Source of the DNA: Candidatus Iainarchaeum sp.
GTDB lineage: Archaea > Iainarchaeota > Iainarchaeia > Iainarchaeales > JAFCCW01
Direction of reading: 5' to 3'
Length of the DNA: 18,770 nt
Assembly: GCA_017609985.1 (NCBI GenBank)
Contig: JAFCCW010000015.1
Span: 1-18,770 of the forward strand
The position numbers and the translations under genes were made by a program. This document shows positions 14,534-18,770 of the stretch, in pieces; within the stretch, counting starts at the first letter, position 1, and each line of letters begins with the position of its first letter. The notes under the pieces were generated by a model. That model made no database searches. It saw only the letters and a program-made list of their open reading frames with translations, and was not told the DNA's origin.

Positions 14534-15771
14534 AGATAGCAATAATTTCTGACCTGCATCTTGGCTATGGTGAGGGGGAACGCTTTGAAGAAGCTTTTGA
14601 AAACACTGAAAAATGTTTTTCTCTTGCAATTGAAAAAGGAGCTGAACTTATTCTGCTTCCCGGGGACATTTATGATTCAAACACACCTTCCACTGAAACA
14701 GTGTTTCGCTCTTTTAAGTCTTTTTCCAAAGCAAAGCAGGGCACTGGGACAATCTTGAAGAGAACAAAGAATGAGGCAGAGGAATTAATTCAAACAAGTC
14801 ATATTCCCCTTATTGCAATCCACGGGACTCATGAGTTCAGGGGAAAAGACTTCACTAACATTCTTCAGCTTCTTGAAGCAGCTTCTTTTTTAACCTATTT
14901 TCATGCGGAGACAATTGAGCCAGAGAACTCTGGAGTTGTCTTTCACGGTCTTGGAGGAGTGCCTGAAAAAAAAGCAAAGGATGTCTTGAAGGCTTGGAAT
15001 CCAAAACCTGTTTCTGGCAAAAAAAACATTATTATTTTTCATCAGTCTTTCAAGGAATTTCTTCCTTTTGAGGATGAAATGGTTGCAACTCTCTCGCTCT
15101 CTGATATTCCTGAAGGTTTTGATCTTGCAGTCTGTGGTCATATGCACTGGAATTCTATTACTGACTCGGATGGAAAAAAGCTTCTTGTTCCTGGCTCCAC
15201 AATAATTACTCAGATGAAAAAGCTTGAAGCAGAGAAGCCCAAGGGATTTTATCTTCTTGAAACCGAGTCTATGAAACCTGAGTTTGTTGAAATTCCTGAT
15301 CAAAGAAAGCTTGTGTACAGAACAGTTTCGCTTGAAAATACTTCCAGAGAAGAAGCTGAGAATCTTTTGAAAGAAGAGCTTTCCTCTATTTTTTCTGAAA
15401 ATTTTGCAAAAAAGCCTCTTGTCAGAATTGTGTTAAAGGGTTCTCTTGCAAAAGGAGTGCTGGTTAGTGATATTAATACTTCTCGAATCTTGGAGGCTTT
15501 TTCCGATAAAGCTTTTTTTTCTGTTTCTTTAAAACTTGGGTCTGCTTCGTTCGAAAAAAAAATTGGAGAATTAAGAGAGCTTCAAAAATCAAAAAAAAGT
15601 GTTGTTGATCTTGGTCTTGACTTGCTCGAAAAAAATATTTCTCAAACTTCTTTCAACAAAGCATTTGACCATGAACAACTTTTTGCTTTTCTTGAAGAAG
15701 GGGACATAGAGAAGGCTTTTTCTTTTTTGTATGAATCTTCCAGGAAACCATTAAATAATAGTAAATCATAA
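14530..15771 (+). CDS. mre11: Mre11/SbcD-family DNA repair nuclease
   Basis: Metallophosphoesterase motifs SDLHLG, PGDIYD, IHGTHE, FHQ, GHMH and VPGS, with a capping domain ([10 protein letters not shown]) and helical C-terminus. ATGA overlap with the HAD gene. Confidence 0.88.
   Translation: MKIAIISDLHLGYGEGERFEEAFENTEKCFSLAIEKGAELILLPGDIYDSNTPSTETVFRSFKSFSKAKQGTGTILKRTKNEAEELIQTSHIPLIAIHGTHEFRGKDFTNILQLLEAASFLTYFHAETIEPENSGVVFHGLGGVPEKKAKDVLKAWNPKPVSGKKNIIIFHQSFKEFLPFEDEMVATLSLSDIPEGFDLAVCGHMHWNSITDSDGKKLLVPGSTIITQMKKLEAEKPKGFYLLETESMKPEFVEIPDQRKLVYRTVSLENTSREEAENLLKEELSSIFSENFAKKPLVRIVLKGSLAKGVLVSDINTSRILEAFSDKAFFSVSLKLGSASFEKKIGELRELQKSKKSVVDLGLDLLEKNISQTSFNKAFDHEQLFAFLEEGDIEKAFSFLYESSRKPLNNSKS
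15751..15758 (+). promoter_or_regulatory. TATA box for hppA inside the mre11 3' end (leaderless)
   Basis: GAAACCA-TTAAATAA; the TATA lies 22-29 nt upstream of ATG 15780, with no SD. Confidence 0.5.
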
Positions 15772-15779
15772 TAATTCAA

Positions 15780-17723
15780 ATGCTGGAATATGTTTTTGTT
15801 GCATCTGCTATAGCAATTATTTTTGCATTGATTAAGTTTTTCCTGCTCAAAAAACAACCTGCTGGAAACAAGAAAATGAATGAGATTTCTTCTCTAATTA
15901 AGCGCGGAGCAATGACTTTTCTTGGAAGACAGTATGTCTTTCTTGTATTGTTTGTTTTTTTGGCTTCAGCTGTTCTCTATTTTGTTCTTTCTCCAATCTC
16001 GTCTTTTGCTTTTGCTTTTGGAGCATTTCTTTCAACTGTTTCTGGAAACATTGGGATGCGGGTTGCAACAACTGCTAATGTTCGGACAGCAAATGCTTGT
16101 AGAAAAAATATTTCCTCTGGTTTCAGGATTGCTTTTTCCAGTGGAATGGTTGCTGGAATGAGTGTTGTTGGTCTTGGATTGTTTGGAGTATCAATTCTTT
16201 ATTATCTTTTTAATGACCCTATTTTGATTTACGGTTTTGCTTTTGGTGCTTCTGCAATTGCTCTTTTTGCCAGAGTTGGCGGAGGCATTTTTACAAAAGC
16301 AGCTGATGTTGGCGCAGACCTTGTTGGAAAAGTTGAAGCAGGAATTCCAGAGGACGATCCTCGCAATCCCGCTGTGATTGCGGACAATGTTGGAGACAAT
16401 GTCGGTGATGTGGCTGGAATGGGAGCTGACTTGTTTGAAAGCTATGTTGAAAGCATTGTTGCGGCAATGGTTATCGGAATTGCTTTCGGAGAATTTGGGA
16501 TAATGCTGCCTCTCCTTATTTCTGCTTCTGGAATAATTGCTTCTCTTCTTGGAACAATTTTTGTCAGAGTCTCGGGGGACAATGTATTCAAGGCAATTGA
16601 CAAAGGAATTCTCGCAAGCGCGTTTCTTGTAGCTGTGTTTTCTTATTTTCTTGCAGCTCAATTTTTTGGAGATATTTCTATTTTTTACACAATCCTTGTA
16701 GGAATTATTTCAGCAGTAATCATTGGTTTTTCAACTGAGTACATCACATCGCCTCATCAAAAGCCAACAAGATTAATTGCAGAAGCTTCAACAACTGGTG
16801 CTGGAACAAACATTATCACTGGATTGTCTGTCGGAATGCTTTCAACTGTTATTCCAATTACGACGATTTCTCTTGCTATTCTGATTTCTTTTCATTTCGC
16901 AGGCTTGTACGGTGTTGCATTGTCTGCTGTTGGCATGCTGAGTCTTCTTGGAATCACTCTGAGCGCTGACACTTATGGCAGTGTTGCAGACAATGCTGCG
17001 GGAATTGCTGAAATGGCTGGCTTGGGGGAAGATGTTAGAAAGAGAGCAGAGGAGCTTGATGCTGTTGGAAACTCAACTGCTGCGATTGGAAAGGGATTTG
17101 CAATTTCTTCTGCTGCTGCAACTTCGATTGCGCTTTTTGTTTCTTATATTGCTCTTGCCGGACTCTCAGTGATTGATGTAAGCAATCCTGTTGTAATGGT
17201 TGGCTTGTTTTTTGGAGCAATGATGCCTTTTGTTTTCTCTGCTTTAACAATGCGGGCTGTTGGAGTGGCTGCTCAGAAAATGGTTGTTGAAGTAAGGAGA
17301 CAGTTTCATGAAATAGCTGGTTTGTTAGAGGGCAAGGCAAAGCCTGATTATGACAAATGCATTGAAATAAGCACTTCTGCTTCTCTTAAGGAAATGGTTG
17401 TGCCTGGTTTTCTCGCAATTTCAATGCCTGTGATAATTCTTGCATTGTTTGGAGCAGAGTCTCTTGGCGGATTTCTTGCCGGAGCAATAGCCACGGGCTT
17501 TCTTTTAGCTGTTTTCATGGCTAATGCTGGTGCAAGCTGGGACAATGCAAAAAAATACATTGAAGCAGGCCATCTTGGAGGCAAGGGAAGTGAGGCTCAT
17601 AAGGCAGCGGTTGTTGGAGACACTGTTGGTGACCCTTTCAAGGACACTTCTGGTCCTGCTCTTAACATCTTAATCAAGCTTATGACTATTGTGTCGCTTG
17701 TTGTCGTGCCGTTATTTATTTAA
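15780..17723 (+). CDS. hppA: Membrane-integral ion-pumping pyrophosphatase, K+-dependent type (likely Na+-translocating)
   Basis: [54 protein letters not shown] (Ala at the K+-dependence site), WDNAKK and [14 protein letters not shown]. Confidence 0.97.
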   Translation: MLEYVFVASAIAIIFALIKFFLLKKQPAGNKKMNEISSLIKRGAMTFLGRQYVFLVLFVFLASAVLYFVLSPISSFAFAFGAFLSTVSGNIGMRVATTANVRTANACRKNISSGFRIAFSSGMVAGMSVVGLGLFGVSILYYLFNDPILIYGFAFGASAIALFARVGGGIFTKAADVGADLVGKVEAGIPEDDPRNPAVIADNVGDNVGDVAGMGADLFESYVESIVAAMVIGIAFGEFGIMLPLLISASGIIASLLGTIFVRVSGDNVFKAIDKGILASAFLVAVFSYFLAAQFFGDISIFYTILVGIISAVIIGFSTEYITSPHQKPTRLIAEASTTGAGTNIITGLSVGMLSTVIPITTISLAILISFHFAGLYGVALSAVGMLSLLGITLSADTYGSVADNAAGIAEMAGLGEDVRKRAEELDAVGNSTAAIGKGFAISSAAATSIALFVSYIALAGLSVIDVSNPVVMVGLFFGAMMPFVFSALTMRAVGVAAQKMVVEVRRQFHEIAGLLEGKAKPDYDKCIEISTSASLKEMVVPGFLAISMPVIILALFGAESLGGFLAGAIATGFLLAVFMANAGASWDNAKKYIEAGHLGGKGSEAHKAAVVGDTVGDPFKDTSGPALNILIKLMTIVSLVVVPLFI

Positions 17724-17802
17724 AACTAACCAGATTAAATTCTATTAAACTAAATGTTAAAACTCTTTTTATGAGCAGAAAACATGTTTTGAGGTGATTT
17801 TT

Positions 17803-18770
17803 TTGAAAGGAGTCAAATGGGTTGTAAAGGACGAGAAAAAAGAAAACGTTTTCTGGCCTAGTGAGGAAATGAAGAAGCGAGCATATTTTGATAAGTCTGT
17901 TTATGAAGATGCTTCAAAGGACAGAGTAAAGTTCTGGGAAGGCATTGCAAAAGATAACATTGATTGGTTTAAGGGATGGGAAAAGGCTTATGAAGAAGAC
18001 CTGCCTAGTTTCAAATGGTTTGTTGGTGCAAAGGTTAACGCTTGCTATAATGCTCTTGACAGGCATGTTAAGGCTGGCAAGGGAGACAAGATTGCTCTGG
18101 TTTGGGAACCTGAACCAACTGACGAAGAAGTAAAAAAATTTACTTATTCAGAGCTTCAAGAAGAAGTTTCCAAATTTGCAAATGTTTTAAAGAGTCTTGG
18201 AGTTAAAAAAGGCGACAGAGTTGGTATTTATTTGCCAATGGTTCCGGAAGTTGTTGTTTCTCTTCTTGCTTGTGCAAGAATAGGGGCAATTCACTCCGTG
18301 GTTTTCTCTGCTTTTTCAGGACAATCTCTTAACGAGAGAATGGATGATGCTGCTGCAAAGGTTTTGATTACTGCAGACGGATATTACAGAAGAGGAAAGC
18401 CTCTTAACCTGAAATCTCAGGCTGACGAGGGAGCAAAGGGCACCAAGATAGAGCATGTTGTTGTCGTCAAGAGAACTGGCGGAGAAATTGAAATGACTGA
18501 AGGCAGGGACCACTGGTTTGACGAGTTAATGGAGAAAGCTGAAACAGACTGCGAACCAGAGCACATGGATTCTGAAGATCCTCTTTTTATTCTCTATACT
18601 TCGGGGACAACTGGAAAGCCAAAAGGAGTAATTCATGAAACAGGCGGTTACATTACACACGCTATGTTCACAACAAAGCATGATTTTAATCTCACAGACG
18701 ACGATGTCTTCTGGTGCACTGCTGATGTTGGCTGGATTACTGGACACACTTATGGCTGCTATGGCCCTCT
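17803..18770 (+). CDS. acs: AMP-forming acetyl-CoA synthetase (3' end outside window)
   Basis: Not in the ORF track because there is no stop in the window. TTG 17803 follows SD GAGGTGA (17791-17797). Translation gives [61 protein letters not shown] and [15 protein letters not shown]. Confidence 0.95.
   Translation, partial: MKGVKWVVKDEKKENVFWPSEEMKKRAYFDKSVYEDASKDRVKFWEGIAKDNIDWFKGWEKAYEEDLPSFKWFVGAKVNACYNALDRHVKAGKGDKIALVWEPEPTDEEVKKFTYSELQEEVSKFANVLKSLGVKKGDRVGIYLPMVPEVVVSLLACARIGAIHSVVFSAFSGQSLNERMDDAAAKVLITADGYYRRGKPLNLKSQADEGAKGTKIEHVVVVKRTGGEIEMTEGRDHWFDELMEKAETDCEPEHMDSEDPLFILYTSGTTGKPKGVIHETGGYITHAMFTTKHDFNLTDDDVFWCTADVGWITGHTYGCYGP

Noticed and set aside
1-18770. CRISPR array, transposase, intein or defence system
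   Set aside because: I saw no regularly spaced direct repeats, terminal inverted repeats or corresponding protein motifs by eye.

Overview
AT-rich archaeal chromosomal region of mostly housekeeping genes. Gene content and signals suggest a DPANN-type archaeon, possibly Iainarchaeota/Diapherotrites (inference only). In order: 3' end of an S-layer-type gene with a hairpin+poly-T terminator, a membrane-anchored hypothetical protein, an AglD2/LPG-synthase-type flippase-like protein, an AglH-like GlcNAc-1-P transferase, truD, aRF1, pyrH, dph2, ppsA, rpl10e, a Cys-rich lipoprotein gene split by a 1-nt frameshift, a CDF metal transporter, tRNA-Cys(GCA), a THUMP/ThiI-like protein with a destroyed PP-loop, a HAD hydrolase, mre11, hppA and the 5' part of acs (missing from the ORF track). 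I found no mobile element, CRISPR array or defence island. The best leads are: (1) an unexplained ~80-nt GC-rich three-hairpin RNA between the promoter and tRNA-Cys, apparently in a leader-tRNA-CDF co-transcript; (2) a homopolymer frameshift separating a lipobox signal from its Cys-rich body; (3) the ThiI pseudoenzyme transcribed divergently from that tRNA; (4) the hppA-acs pairing.
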